Source: Chrysomallon squamiferum (lineage: Eukaryota; Animalia; Mollusca). From it: DNA of 64,000 nucleotides. Positions 32,325 through 47,344 of the stretch are shown here, one piece after another. Numbering within the stretch: position 1 is the first letter of the stretch; each line of letters begins with the position of its first letter. The notes below the pieces were generated by a model that did not search any database, was not told the origin of the DNA, and saw only the letters and a program-made list of their open reading frames with translations. Location of the stretch: the NCBI GenBank assembly GCA_012295275.1, contig CM022665.1, forward strand, positions 48,236,001 to 48,300,000, written 5' to 3'. A program made the translations under genes and the position numbers.

Positions 32325-33795
32325 TTATACATAAATATTTACAAACAAAGACTATACAATTACATAACACCTATATACACACTCTAGATCTGTAGAAAGT
32401 TAGACAGAGAAACCGATACACAGACAGAAATAGATAGATAGACAGAGAGAGGTAAACATACATATATAAACAGTTATAAACAAAAAATATACAGTTACAT
32501 AATACCTGTGTATACATACTCCAGGTATATACAGATAGCTATAGATATATATAAATATTTATACAGGGCTACATATTTGTGTTTTTACATACAAGCAGAG
32601 ACATTCTGTAAAGGTGTTTCAAACTGACAAGTAATCCATGACAAACACAAATTTCTCCCTTAGAACAACACAGAAACAAGAAGAAAAATGAAAAAGAATC
32701 AAAAAAGTTTTTTTTAAATACAACATGTGTATGTTTACAGTTTTAAAAACAACAAGGGAGATAACTCTGTACGCCTTAACAACACTGGCCCTGTTTGGAT
32801 AAAAATAAATAAAACGCATTTGTCTAAGTTTGTCAAAAAAAATAAATAAATAAATAAAAATTAAAAATTTTATTTATCTCCTCACATTTTTACAAGATTT
32901 CAATATTTACATATGTTTTACATATACATTTTACATTTTACTATTTTTTTACAATTATCTTTTACATTTATGTTTTAAATTTACACCTAAATTTTAAACT
33001 TACATTTATGTTCAACACTACTTTTTACATTTACATTTGTTTTACATTTGAAATGCCACAGTTTTGAAACATCAAACAATTCTAATTAACAACACACAGT
33101 AATAATAAAATTATTTTTAAAAATGTAATAGTTTAAAATATGTAAAATCAGCACATTTTTGCTGACACATTCAACAGAAGACAAAACACACAAAACAAGA
33201 CTGAGGAAACACAAACATTCCTGAATTACCACAAGTTCAAAAAAATGTGCAGCAGAAGACCAAAAATATTTTAAAAAATTTCAGACACTTAGAATGCAGA
33301 AAATAAACAAAAAAAACGGTTTTATTTAGTTAAGAAATTTATTTATTAGTTGTTTTTATTCTCTCTCTCTACTTTTACTGCACAAATCAGCTTTTCCCTA
33401 CAACTGAGCTGTTTTGTTATTTATTTATTTTCCTAAATCAATTTGTTCCAGAGCACATAAACTCTGTGATTTGTTCCTGCGAGATAAACCACGAACCACT
33501 GCCACTTTTAAATAAACAGTCGATACACATGTCCTAGCCAGACTGAGTCTGAGCGCAGCCTTTCATAAACAACATGCAACATCTGACAAATGAAAACTGT
33601 AAACACAAAGTTTTGTTAAAAAACCCAAAAAAACCCCCAAAAAATGTAAATGTTTTAAGTGTAAAAAGTTCAGATGATAAATAATTTTTGTTCAAACAAT
33701 AAAAAAAATATAAAGAAGAAGAAGAAGAAATTTTGAACATGTCAAGTACAATTCCACAGAAATGGTATTTATCAAGACATCAAAACACACACACA

Positions 33796-33888
<93 letters not shown>

Positions 33889-33934
33889 ACTGTCTAAATA
33901 TTTTACAAGGTTACACACAGAAAACACACACACA

Positions 33935-33978
<44 letters not shown>

Positions 33979-34209
33979 CACACACTGTCTAAATATTGTA
34001 CAAGGTTACACACAGAAAACACACACTGTATTATTTCCACAGAGAGATAACACCAGTACAGATGGCATTTCCATAATGAAAGAAAAAAGAACAAGAAAGA
34101 GAAATAATTAAAAGTGTTTTTATCAGCCTCTGAAAACCCATTTTCCACTGATGTTCAATTACTGCTGTAACAAACTGGTGTGTGACATGCTATAAGTCTG
34201 TTTGTTACA

Positions 34210-35510
34210 TGTCAAACACATCTCACACAACACTATCAAACACATCTCACACAACACTATCAAACACATCTCTGTATCTCACAACACTTATCAAATATAT
34301 CTCTGTATCTCACACAACACTATAAAATACATCTCTGTATCTCACAACACTATCAAATATATCTCTGTATCTCACACAACACTATCACATATATCTCTGT
34401 ATCTCACATAACACTTAAATATATCTCTGTATCTCACAACACTATCAAATACATCTCTGTATCTCACACAACACTATCACATATATCTCTGTATCTCACA
34501 CAACACTATCAAATATATCTGTATCTCACACAACACTATCAAATACATCTCTGTATCTCACACAACACTAACAAATACATCTCTGTATCTCACACAACAC
34601 TATCAAATATATCTCTATCTCACAACACTTATCAAATATATCTATCTCACACAACACTATCAAATACATCTCTGTATCTCACACAACACTATCAAATACA
34701 TCTCTGTATCTCACACAACACTATCAAATATATCTGTATCTCACACAACACTATCAAATACATCTCTGTATCTCACACAACACTATCAAATATATCTCTG
34801 TATCTCACACAACACTATCACATATATCTCTGTATCTCACACAACACTATCAAATATATCTGTATCTCACACAACACTATCAAATACATCTCTGTATCTC
34901 ACACAACACTAACAAATACATCTCTGTATCTCACACAACACTATCAAATATATCTCTATCTCACAACACTTATCAAATATATCTATCTCACACAACACTA
35001 TCAAATACATCTCTGTATCTCACACAACACTATCAAATACATCTCTGTATCTCACACAACACTATCAAATATATCTGTATCTCACACAACACTATCAAAT
35101 ACATCTCTGTATCTCACACAACACTATCAAATATATCTCTGTATCTCACACAACACTATCAAATATCATCTCTGTATCTCACACAACAACACATATCAAA
35201 TATATATCTGTATCTCACACAACACTATCAAATACATCTCTGTATCTCACAACACTGTCAAATATATCTGTATCTCACACAACACTATCAAATACATCTC
35301 TGTATCTCACAACACTGTCAAATATATCTGTATCTCACACAACACTATCAAATATATCTCTGTATTTCACACAGAACTATCAAATATATCTCTGTATCTC
35401 ACACAACACTATCAAATATATCTCTGTATTTCACACAGAACTATCAAATATATCTCTGTATTTCACACAGAACTATCAAATATATCTCTCTATCTCACAC
35501 ACAACACTAT
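34210..35510. repeat. ~30-32-bp minisatellite (tctcacacaacactatcaaatatatctctgta) with a higher-order duplication
   Basis: The variant unit actaacaaatac recurs about 341 bp apart. Confidence 0.93.
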
Positions 35511-36516
35511 CATCATTCACTAAGATATAAAAATAATAATAATAATAATATTTATATTTAAAAAGAAAAATAACAAAAAAGAAGAAAAAAAAGAGAAAAA
35601 ACAGATAAGAAGAATGCAACAAGTAAAAATGTTGATGTATTAAAAACACACACACAGAGATATATATCTGTTAATAATGCGGTGCGCTGAGTCCATGGAG
35701 GAATTACCAATAAAACAAAAACAAAACAAAACTGTTCTGGTTATTCTCCCAGCCCACTCAGAGTCAGAAATATTTCAAGGTTTGTTTTCTCATTACAGAG
35801 CAAGCTGGAGAGTTTTTTTGTTTTTTTTAAAAACAACTCTTTTGATGATCTGCCATTTTTATTTTTATACTTCTGAAAGTTCTTGATGTACGAGTGTTTA
35901 CTGTTTTCCAACACTGACTGTGTCGGTCTGTACGTCCCTCCCAGTAATTCTCTCGTTCACAATCAAAAACTGTTTTATGGTCAACTCATAATGACATTTT
36001 TTTTTTGTTTTTTTTTTGCCCTTTTTTTTAAAAAAGATTTTATATAGTTTCTTTGGTTATTTTTCAATTATTTATTTATTTATTTAATTATTTGTTTCTT
36101 TGTTTGTTTGTTTGCTTATTGCTATTATTTTTAGTTAGTTATTTTGTTTAATTTTTATCTTTATTTATTAAATATGTTTTATAAACGTTACAATTGCAAC
36201 TCTGTTTCTGCAAATTTTAAATTAAAAAAAATAACATTTTGATAGTATTATTTTTTAATTTTTTTTAACAAAGTTTATAAATCCAGCAGATTTCCAAACA
36301 ATATACATTTTTTAAAAATTAAACATTTTCTAACACTAATTCTGTCATACAAGTGTTTACACATAACAATTTATCAATTCACTAAACATTTTGTAAAAAA
36401 AAAAAATAATAAAAATAAAAAAAATAAAAAAATCCTCCAATATTTCTAATATTTCACTGAAATGTCGACTTTCAGGTCTCAATCAATTATCCTTCCATTT
36501 CTATCTTCTCATTTTT

Positions 36517-36556
<40 letters not shown>

Positions 36557-36569
36557 GCTTGGCACTACT

Positions 36570-36583
36570 GTTGCCATGGCAAC
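36570..36583. promoter_or_regulatory. Perfect palindromic RFX X-box GTTGCCATGGCAAC
   Basis: Exact match to the RFX consensus GTTRCCATGGYAAC; function not demonstrated. Confidence 0.55.
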
Positions 36584-36879
36584 AAATGCTGACAATATGT
36601 CTTGCCGATTTACTGCCATCAGCAGACAACACAAGATCCATAAAGGACTGGCTTAACTCAGTACCCACAGATCACTCCCACTGGAAGTAAAAACCACAGA
36701 CTGAATTCTGTGACTCGTAGCCATAAAACAAATAATCCTTAATCTCTCCATGCTTCAATTCTTTATTAATTACCACCATCTGCACATCAGAAGATAATTC
36801 TGTGTTAATTACTATCTATATCATCATAAGATATCTGTTTATTAATTACTATCTATATAATCATAAGATATTTGTATAT

Positions 36880-36948
36880 TAATAGCAGTAGTAGTAATAG
36901 TAGTAGTAGCAGTAGTAGTAGTAATAGTAATAGTAGTAGTAATAATAA

Positions 36949-37013
<65 letters not shown>

Positions 37014-37348
37014 ATAGTAATAGTAGTAGTAATAATAATAGTGGTAGTAGTAGTAGTAGCAGTAGCAGCAGTAGTAGTAGTAGCACCAATGAGTAATAGA
37101 AGTAATAGTAGAAGTAATAGTAATAATAATAGTAGTAGTAATAGTAGTAGTAGTAATAGTAGTAGTAATAATAATAGTAGTAATAATAATAGTAGTAGTA
37201 GTAGTAGTAGTAGTAGTTGTAGTAGTAGTAGCAGCACAAGTAGTAGAAGTAGTAGTAGTGATAGAAGTAGTAGTAGTAATAGTAGTAGTAGTAATTGTAG
37301 TAGTATTACTGTTGTTGTTGTCATTGTACTGTCAGTAGTAGTAGTATT
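36880..37348. repeat. (AGT/AAT)n trinucleotide tract
   Basis: Direct; gives poly-S/L/Y/T ORFs. Confidence 0.95.
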
Positions 37349-37499
37349 TAATATGTATCAGTATGTCACTGTATCCTCCCAGCAGGCAGATAACTAAAAT
37401 ATCACACAGCAGCAAACTCTGATATTTTCTGTATCACACAGTAAAATATAACTAGGTTCTAGCACATCACATGAGTTACTAGATGTGCTTACAGAGAAA

Positions 37500-37588
<89 letters not shown>

Positions 37589-38059
37589 GTTCTGTATGAA
37601 AAAGACAGTATTCTAATATTATTGATTAAAAGTGGAAAGCAGACAAATATCAAAGGTTGGAACATGAAACTGTCCTGTGGGTGCAATAAGCAGGATTGAT
37701 CCAGTGACCTCTCACACAGTGACACATAGTGACACAGCTGTATGTGTCCAACATGTACACTTCTGTCTAATGCTTAACCACGGTATGTGACATAATCTTG
37801 TTATTATACATCCTCTCATATGTATGTGTGTGTGTAATATTTATATATATATATGCATATTACACATATATATCTGTGTGTGTCTGTTAAGCCAGGTTAA
37901 TATAAAACTCTGATACAACTAGATTTAGTGAAGAAGTAATTATATTCTGTGTACAGCCTCTCTCCACATCTCACACAGTGAATCAGTGGCAAAGAAATCA
38001 CATCACAGCTTTATAGTCATAATGGCTGTTAGGTGTTAAATTCTCATTTTTTAAATCAT

Positions 38060-38094
<35 letters not shown>

Positions 38095-38339
38095 TTCATT
38101 CATTTATTTATAATGAAATTACAAGAACTAATATAATCAACAAATTTTTTTTTTTTTTTTTTTTAAATCTTATATATGAACCCTCCCAGTAACACACAAA
38201 ACATTTTTCAGGTTTTTATATGCCAGCTACATGATGAGCATTTTCTAGAATGGGAAATGGATACATTTTATTTTTGTATCCTGAACAAGACTGAATCAAC
38301 AAGTGACTTCTGTCCCTGTGTGTGTGTGTGTGTGCGTGT

Positions 38340-38404
<65 letters not shown>

Positions 38405-38944
38405 TGTCTGTGTGTCTGTGTGTGTGTGTGGGCTTCTCTCTTATATGTTTTCAGCTAATCAATCAGCTTCATACAGCTTCACAAAATCTCACAGACTCTC
38501 AATTTAATCAACTACCTTTTATTCTTTTTCTCTTTTTTTCTTTACCTTCTGTCTTTCACAATCTCATCATCAACAAAAAAAAAAAAAAAAAAAACACGCA
38601 TCCAATTATTTCTGAGCAGATTAACTGACTGCTATTAACTCCATTAGGTTACCTTGTCTCAATTAATTCCCTACAGAAATAATGTTAACATATGTACGAC
38701 AGAAGAATCGGGCTGCTAGATGGGAAGTGACATTAACAGATTTTTCTATCTAATTTTCTTACAGCTCAATACAAATAATAGACTCACTGCCTTAAGCCAG
38801 TCAATATCTTAATGCATTTAAAAAAAAAAAAAAAATTATATATAATAATAATAAAATAAAATGTTTGGTTTGTGTCACTTTAATTAACATTAAGTGGTGC
38901 AGTGCAACACATTCAGCTGATAAGGTAATCACAGCATCTCAGTG

Positions 38945-38990
38945 TGCGAGTTCTAGTAACAGCAGCAAAATGAAATAACAGGCCATTAGT

Positions 38991-39039
<49 letters not shown>

Positions 39040-39104
39040 TGTGTGTGTGTGTGTGTGTGCGAGTTCTAGTAACAGCAGCAAAATGAAAAACAGGCTATTA
39101 TATC

Positions 39105-39136
<32 letters not shown>

Positions 39137-39260
39137 AGTTCTAGTAACAGCAGCAAATGAAATAACAGGCTATTATCTATATTTGTGTGTATATGTATGT
39201 GTGTGTATTTTTCTAGTAACAGCAGCAAAATTAAAGGCCATTAGTATGTCTGTGTGTGTC

Positions 39261-39298
<38 letters not shown>

Positions 39299-39405
39299 GT
39301 ATGTTTGTGTCTGTCTGTGTGTGTATATCTGTTTGTGGGGGGGGTATGTAACAGCAGCTAAATGAAATAACAGGCCATTAGTACATCTGTGTGTGTGTGT
39401 GTGTT
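38945..39405. repeat. Composite repeat: ~44-bp motif (ttctagtaacagcagcaaaatgaaataacaggc) x5 separated by (TG)n
   Basis: Direct. Confidence 0.85.
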
Positions 39406-40187
39406 TTAGGATTTAAATGTGTGTGTGTGTGTATATATATATGTTTGAAAGTATGTTATCATGTTTGTATCTGTATATATATCTGTATGTGTGTATGTGT
39501 GCATGTGTGTGTGTGTGTGTACATATGTATGTAAATCTGTTCAGTAAAAATCTGAGACAATTCACACTTTCTGTAAATCACTCCCACATTCAGAATCTGC
39601 TTCGTAACTTCGTCTTTCTTTCTTTCTTTCTTATTTACAAAATTTCTCACAGCTTAACACCTGCAATTAACAGGTAAAAAAATAAAAACTTCACTTGGAC
39701 ACATTCCAAACGGACACAGTGACTGCACACCGACTCGTTCAATCTGCTGTAAAACTGTGACACGTGCACCAATCAAACGTGTCTTTAATGTGTCGGAACC
39801 ACTCAGCACGTCTCAGGTTAAATTGTGTTCCGCGTTTTTCAAACTTTTACAAGTCAAATTTCACCCTCCACACTCTCAGCAAGACACCCCCATTTAATAA
39901 ACATTACAATTATACAGTAAAACACTTTTTAAAAAAAAAAATATTTTTTTTATAATGTTTAAATGTTAGGAAAAAAAAAAATAATAATAAAATAAAAAAT
40001 ATATTATAATAATCATTTAGAGCTTTAAATCTGTTTGATATAAAAATAATTAAAAAAAAAAAATAATAATTTACACAAACAACATGTAATTGATTCAGAC
40101 CAGGGCTAGGAATTAATACAGCAGTGTGGGGGATGGGGAGGAGGGGGGGGGGGGGGACAGACAGAGACACATACAGAAACAAAGAGA

Positions 40188-40577
40188 GCTCACATTTGTT
40201 ATAATAAACACTATATGATACTGTTAATATCTCACATTAGTTTAACACAAATTGTGTGATACCATTAATATTTCACATTAGTTTAACCCAAATTGTGTGA
40301 TACGGTTAATATCTCACATTTGTTATAACACAACCTATATGATACAGTTAATATCTCACATTTGTTATAACACAACCTGTGTGATACTGTTAATATCTCA
40401 CATTTGTTATAACACAACCTATATGATACTGTTAATATCTCAGTTGTTATAACAAAACCTATATGATACTGTTAATATCTCACAGTTGTTATAACAAAAC
40501 CTGTGTGATACTCTTAATATCTCACAATTGTTATAACACAACCTGTGTGATACTGTTAATATCTGTGTGATACTGTG
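40188..40577. repeat. ~42-bp minisatellite (gatactgttaatatctcacatttgttataacacaacct)
   Basis: About 9 copies. Confidence 0.9.
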
Positions 40578-42221
40578 TATGTCAAAATAAACAAATGGAG
40601 TTCAAAGAGGATTAGTTCAGTGCACAGTGTCAGTGACAGGGGAGATTATTTACTGATTTGTGTCACTTCCACACACAAAGGTGCAAACAGAAGATAAATA
40701 ATTCTTTGTACTTCTTCTCTGTGTCTGATATTTTAAAAAAACTGCTGACAACACAGATACATGAGAACTGACACAAAACTCTGACATACGCTGATTAATC
40801 TCTTTGTACAAGTCCACTGTAAACTGTGGTGTAACCTTTAGACTGAGACATGACAGATCACAGGATCGATACCCTTCAGTGTCATTTAGCCAGTTCCAAC
40901 CAGTAACCCCTGACAGACTTCATAACACAGAGGTGCTTTACAATGTATTTATGAGGACAAGCAACATGTCAGCACAGAAGCTAACTGTTAGGACTTGTGA
41001 TATGTAGATATAGCAGATATCTTTCACAAGTGATCATTTATGTAAATGTAATAGGTGTCACTAATTACTGTTTATGTAAATATATAGCAGTTATCTATGA
41101 CAAGTGACTGTTTATGTAAAAATAATGGATATCTGTATTTATTTAAATGTAGGGGATGTCTATGTTTATGTAAATATAATGGATATCTATATTTGTAAAA
41201 ACAACAAAAGATATCTATTCTTATGTAAACATTAAAGATATCTGTTCTTATGTAAATGTGACAGCAGGTGTCACTAGTGACTGTTTTGTGTAAATACTGC
41301 AATTTGTCAGTCACTTGTTGCCAGTGTGTGGTCAACAAGACTGAGCTAATGAGCAAGTCGGGGAGATAATCAACAACAGACGCAGTGACCTTCTCCCCAG
41401 CAGCGCCGAAGGACACAATGTGGCCGATGCTGAAGACTGAATGGCAGAAACATCCATCAGCAACGATGATGTAAACATGATGAACCGCCTGCCAGTCCAG
41501 AGGTTCACAGACCAGTGATTGACCACTGCTGACCAGTCCGAGTTTTTGTCTGCTGACCGTTTGTTACATTTAGAGGTGGCCTCAAGTAATTAACAAGCAC
41601 AGAAAATTTAAATAATTAGCAAACAGAGAAGAATTTAAATAATTAACAAACACAGAACAATTTAAGTAATTAACAAACACACAAACTAATTTAAATAATT
41701 AACAAACACAGAACAATTTAAGTAATTAACAAACACACAAAACTATTTAAATAATTAACAAAGACAAAACTAATTTAAATATCAATAAACACAGAAAAAA
41801 CTGAAATAATTAACAAATAGAAAAACCTAAATAATTAACAAACAGAAAAACTTGAATTACTAAAACAGACACAAGAATTTAAACAGCCATCAAAAACAAA
41901 CAAATTTTACAGAAGGAAATAAATTTATTTTTAATACTTATAAATAATCAATGAAAACACAGAAAATAATCTAAATAACTAACACACATAAAAAAAAAGA
42001 TCTTTAAAAACAAACACAAAACCCAATAATAAAGACATTTTAAAAAAGGTTTAATTAACCAAATAAATCCACAAGTAAGTTTTAAAGTAACAAGATAAAA
42101 CCAAGATCTGTATTAAAATAAATATGTCTGACTGTAACAACAACAATAATAACAATAACAATAATAATAATAATAATAATTCTTCAGTAATGATAAAAAT
42201 ACTATATATATAAATAAAATA

Positions 42222-42625
<404 letters not shown>

Positions 42626-43405
42626 TGAACACCTGTGTACTGGACACACCACATGTAATGGGCATGTGTATTAGACACCTATGCATTGGACACTCATGTT
42701 ATGAACACCTGTGTTCTGGAGGTTCGTGACAACAACAATCAAATATCACCAACCACAACATGTGCATTGGACAATGAACACCTGTGTATTGAACACCTGT
42801 GTAATGGACATGTGTATATGGACACTTGTGGAACACCTGTCTACTGGACAATGAACAGATGTGTATTGAACACCTATGTATTTAACACCTATTGTTGGAC
42901 ACCTGTGTATTGAACACCTGTGTATTGAACACATGTGTTTTGAACACCTGTGTAATGAACATGTGAACTGGACACCTGGAACTGGAACCTGTGAACTGGA
43001 CACATGTGTATTGGTCACCTGTGTATTGAACACCTGTGAACTGAACACCTGTGAACTGGACACCTGTGTATTGAACACATGTGCATTGAACACCTGTGTA
43101 TTGGACATGTGTGTATTAAACACCTGTATACTGAACACCTGTGAACTGGACACCTGTGTATTGACACCTGTGTATTGGACACCTGTGTAATGAATGCATG
43201 TGAACTGGACACCTGTGTACTGGCCACCTGTGGAACCTGAACACCACATGTGTTGGACACCTGTGTATTGAACACTTGTGTAATGAATACATGTGAACTG
43301 GACACCTGTGAACTGAACACCTGTGTACTGGAGGTTCGTGTAATGAACACCTGTGCACTGGACACCTGTGTATTGGACACACATGTATTGAACACCTGTG
43401 TAATG
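42626..43405. repeat. 15-bp degenerate minisatellite (gaacacctgtgtatt)
   Basis: Dozens of copies. Confidence 0.9.
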
Positions 43406-43453
43406 GAGGTAAGTGTGAGGTGAGTGTGAGGTGACAAGAACTCTCTCTCTTAC

Positions 43454-43528
43454 CTTCCTCCACACTGAAAACCTGGCACTTGAACCTTCGGCACTCTTCA
43501 AAAAACAAAACAGTTCCGTGAAAAACAT
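43454..43528 (-). CDS. Second candidate alternative first coding exon of PDE3 (25 aa)
   Basis: MFFTELFCFLKSAEGSSARFSVWRK ending at AAG|GTAAGA in phase 0. Unique sequence between a repeat array and an AT-rich tract. No homology support. Confidence 0.3.
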
Positions 43529-43937
43529 GCAACACAGAATTCATCACTTTTTATACATAAATAAAAATAAATAAATAAATACTAAATCTTTTTAAAAATT
43601 ACATGTAACACAGAATTCAACTTTTCATGTATATAAAATAAATTAAAAAATAAACAATAAATTTATAAAAAAAATATCAAATCCAGTATTCAATGTTTTC
43701 ATCACTTTTCATGTATATTTACACAAAAATATTTTTTTTATTAAATAAATAAAAGAATATTGAAAAAAGGTAAAGAAAAAAATATTTAAAATATAAAAGA
43801 AATTAATTATAAATAAATAAATAAATAAATAAAAACTAACTATAATAATAATATAAACATTTAAAATAAATAAATAAATTTATAAATTATAAAATAAATA
43901 AAGTAATAAATTATAAAATAAATTATAAATTATAAAA

Positions 43938-43976
<39 letters not shown>

Positions 43977-44252
43977 ATTAATAAATTAATTAATATATAA
44001 AAATTTAGTGTTTATTTACTAATAACCAGCCACATTTTAAGACATGTATGTATCTGTTAAAATGTCCACACCCACACACATACAACTAAACACTGTGTTA
44101 AACAGTACCAAAGGAACTTTGAAAAATAACACACAAGTAAATACAGTTCCATCCCAAAAAGATATATTTTTAGTCTATGCCTGAAGACACAGAAATTTGT
44201 CTAGTCATCATTTCTTGCAACTTTGTACAGTGATCACAGGATATATATATAT

Positions 44253-44301
<49 letters not shown>

Positions 44302-44337
44302 CAGATAGAAGATATATAGATAGATATAGAAAGATAG

Positions 44338-44371
<34 letters not shown>

Positions 44372-44714
44372 TATGGCCAGATAGATAGATAGATGTGTGT
44401 GTGTGTGTGTGTGTCTCTCTCTCTCTCTAGTTTATTCCTTCAATTAGCTAATTTCAGTTATATAAACAACACAATGCAGTTTCTATTCCCCACTGTAAAC
44501 AAACAGACATTTCACAAAGAATATTCTGTATCCACCATCCACAGTATATCATATTTATTACATCAGTGTACAGAACATGGTTTTACATAACCCTCATCAA
44601 TAATTGAAAAAAGATAAATATGTATATATATATATATATATATTAGTCTCCAGTGCAACTTCATAGTGTATCTCCAGAATACTGAATACAGTGGCACAAC
44701 AAACCCAGGAAATA

Positions 44715-45898
44715 ACAGATTACAAACAACAAATACGACAGCAGGGATTCTACAGACAGTGCAGATTACAAACAACAAATACAACAGCAGGAAGTCTACA
44801 GACAATGCAGATTACAAACAACAAATACAACAGCAGGGATTCTACAGACAATGCAGATTACAAACAACAGATACAACAGCAGGGAGTCTACAGACAATGC
44901 AGATTACAAACAACATATACAACAGCAGGGATTTTACAGACAATGCACATTACAAACAACATATACAACAGCAGGAAGTCTACAGACAATGCAGATTACA
45001 AACAACATATACAACAGCAGGAAGTCTACAGACAATGCAGATTACAAACAACATATACAACAGCAGGAAGTCTACAGACAATGCACATTACAAACAACAG
45101 ATGGGATTCTACAGACAATGCACATTACAAACAACATATACAACAGCAGGAAGTCTACAGACAATGCACATTACAAACAACATATACAACAGCAGGGATT
45201 CTACAGACAATGCACATTACAAACAACAGATACAACAGCAGGAAGTCTACAGACAATGCACATTACAAACAACAGCAGGAAGTCTACAGACAATGCAGAT
45301 TACAAACAACATATACAACAGCAGGGATTCTACAGACAATGCACATTACAAACAACAGATACAACAGCAGGAAGTCTACAGACAATGCACATTACAAACA
45401 ACAACAGGAAGTCTACATACAATGCAGATTACAAACAACATATACAACAGCAGGAAGTCTACAGACAATGCAGATTACAAACAACATATACAACAGCAGG
45501 AAGTCTACAGACAATGCAGATTACAAACAACATATACAACAGCAGGGATTCTACAGACAATGCAGATTACAAACAACATATACAACAGCAGGAAGTCTAC
45601 AGACAATGCAGATTACAAACAACATCTACAACAGCAGGGATTCTACAGAAAGTGCAGATTACAAACAACAGATACAACAGCAGGGATTCTACAGACAATG
45701 CACATTACAAACAACATATACAACAGCAGGAAGTCTACAGACAATGCAGATTACAACCAACATATACAACATCAGGGATTCTAAAGACAATGCAGGTTAC
45801 AAACAACATATACAACATCAGGGATTCTACAGACAATGCAGGTTACAAACAACATATACAACAGCAGGGATTCTACAGACAATGCAGGTTACAAACAG
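44715..45898. repeat. ~52-bp minisatellite (tctacagacaatgcagattacaaacaacatatacaacagcaggaag)
   Basis: More than 20 copies; open in all three + frames. Confidence 0.95.
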
Positions 45899-46094
45899 TA
45901 AAATCTCTTTCATTAGTTTTGTTTTTGTTAACAAATCACAGGTTTCTCTGAACACTGGACGTCAGCTCAGTGACGAACAATAGGCCGAGCTACAGGTGTG
46001 AGATATTTTATTTACCTGTGTTAACGATCTCAGTTCAAGGTAAACTCTGCATTTAATCACTGCCAGGTAAATGTGTCACCATCAGCTGCAGATT

Positions 46095-46530
46095 GTTTAC
46101 ATTTCACTTTACATTTATCTCTACATTTCACTTTACATTTATCTCTACATTTCACTTTACAGTTTTACATTTATCTCTACATTTCACTTTAAATTTTTGC
46201 ATTTATCTCTACATTTCACTTTACATTTTTACATTTATCTCTAAATTTCACTTTACATTTCTGCATATATATCTACATTTCTCTTTCCATTTTTACATTT
46301 ATCTCAACATTTTTATTACATTTTTACATGAATATCTCTACAATTTTCTTTACATTTTTACATTTATCTTCATATTTGTTCATATATTTCAACATTTTTA
46401 GATTCATCTCAACATTTCACATTACATTTAAATATTTGTCTCTACATTTCACATTACATCTTTATGTTATCTCTGCCTTTCACATTACATTTTTACATTT
46501 ATCCTTAAATTTCTCTTTACATTTTTATAT
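46095..46530. repeat. Degenerate ttacatttatctctacatttcact repeat
   Basis: Direct. Confidence 0.75.
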
Positions 46531-46845
46531 GTGATTCATGACATTTAATAAACATGTAAAGTTTACTCATAAATAAAATAATTTAAAAAAAACTCACAGG
46601 TAAGCTATGACCTAACAGCCTGAGTCTTTCCCCAACAAATAACAATAACCCATTCTAACCACCTGTTCATTTTACTAAACAGAAAAAAAATTATATTTTG
46701 TTTATCTGTCTGTCACTCCACATTAATAAAAATTGATATAGCTCCCTCCCCCCCTCCACCAGAAACCTACATTTTATATCATTTGTCTGAAAATAGAGAA
46801 ATTTATCTGTTCCTTATTATCTTGTCACTAAAAAGAGTGATTGCA

Positions 46846-46955
<110 letters not shown>

Positions 46956-47193
46956 ATCTGTATATATTCAGAAGTCAGACAGATTTTTATGCTGTTTATT
47001 TTGTCTGTTAGTAACTGATATCCAGTATGTTTAATATATTCTGTATTACACACAGCTGTAAAAATACAACAAAATCCAACAACAATGTATTAATCTGTAA
47101 ACATTCTCAGATTTATGACACAAGATAAAATGTACTCAGGTTACAATATCAAACTGGGAAAGTGGAATAAAAAAATATCAACCTGTTATGAGA

Positions 47194-47225
<32 letters not shown>

Positions 47226-47302
47226 GTGAGTACTTTTAAATCTTGTTTCAACACCTCTAAGTAATTATCTACTTTCAAGAAAAATTTAAAAAAAACAAAC
47301 AA

Positions 47303-47344
<42 letters not shown>

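Noticed and set aside
36842-37397. Poly-L/Y/S/T ORFs, and the many CV/HT/ER/SL ORFs elsewhere
   Set aside because: Microsatellite translations.
38945-39405. CRISPR-like repeat-spacer pattern
   Set aside because: Spacers are (TG)n microsatellites, repeats are degenerate, the context is a eukaryotic intron, and no cas genes are present.
44666-45983. Three long overlapping ORFs (366-430 aa)
   Set aside because: All three frames are open because the ~52-bp unit lacks stops; repeat artefact.
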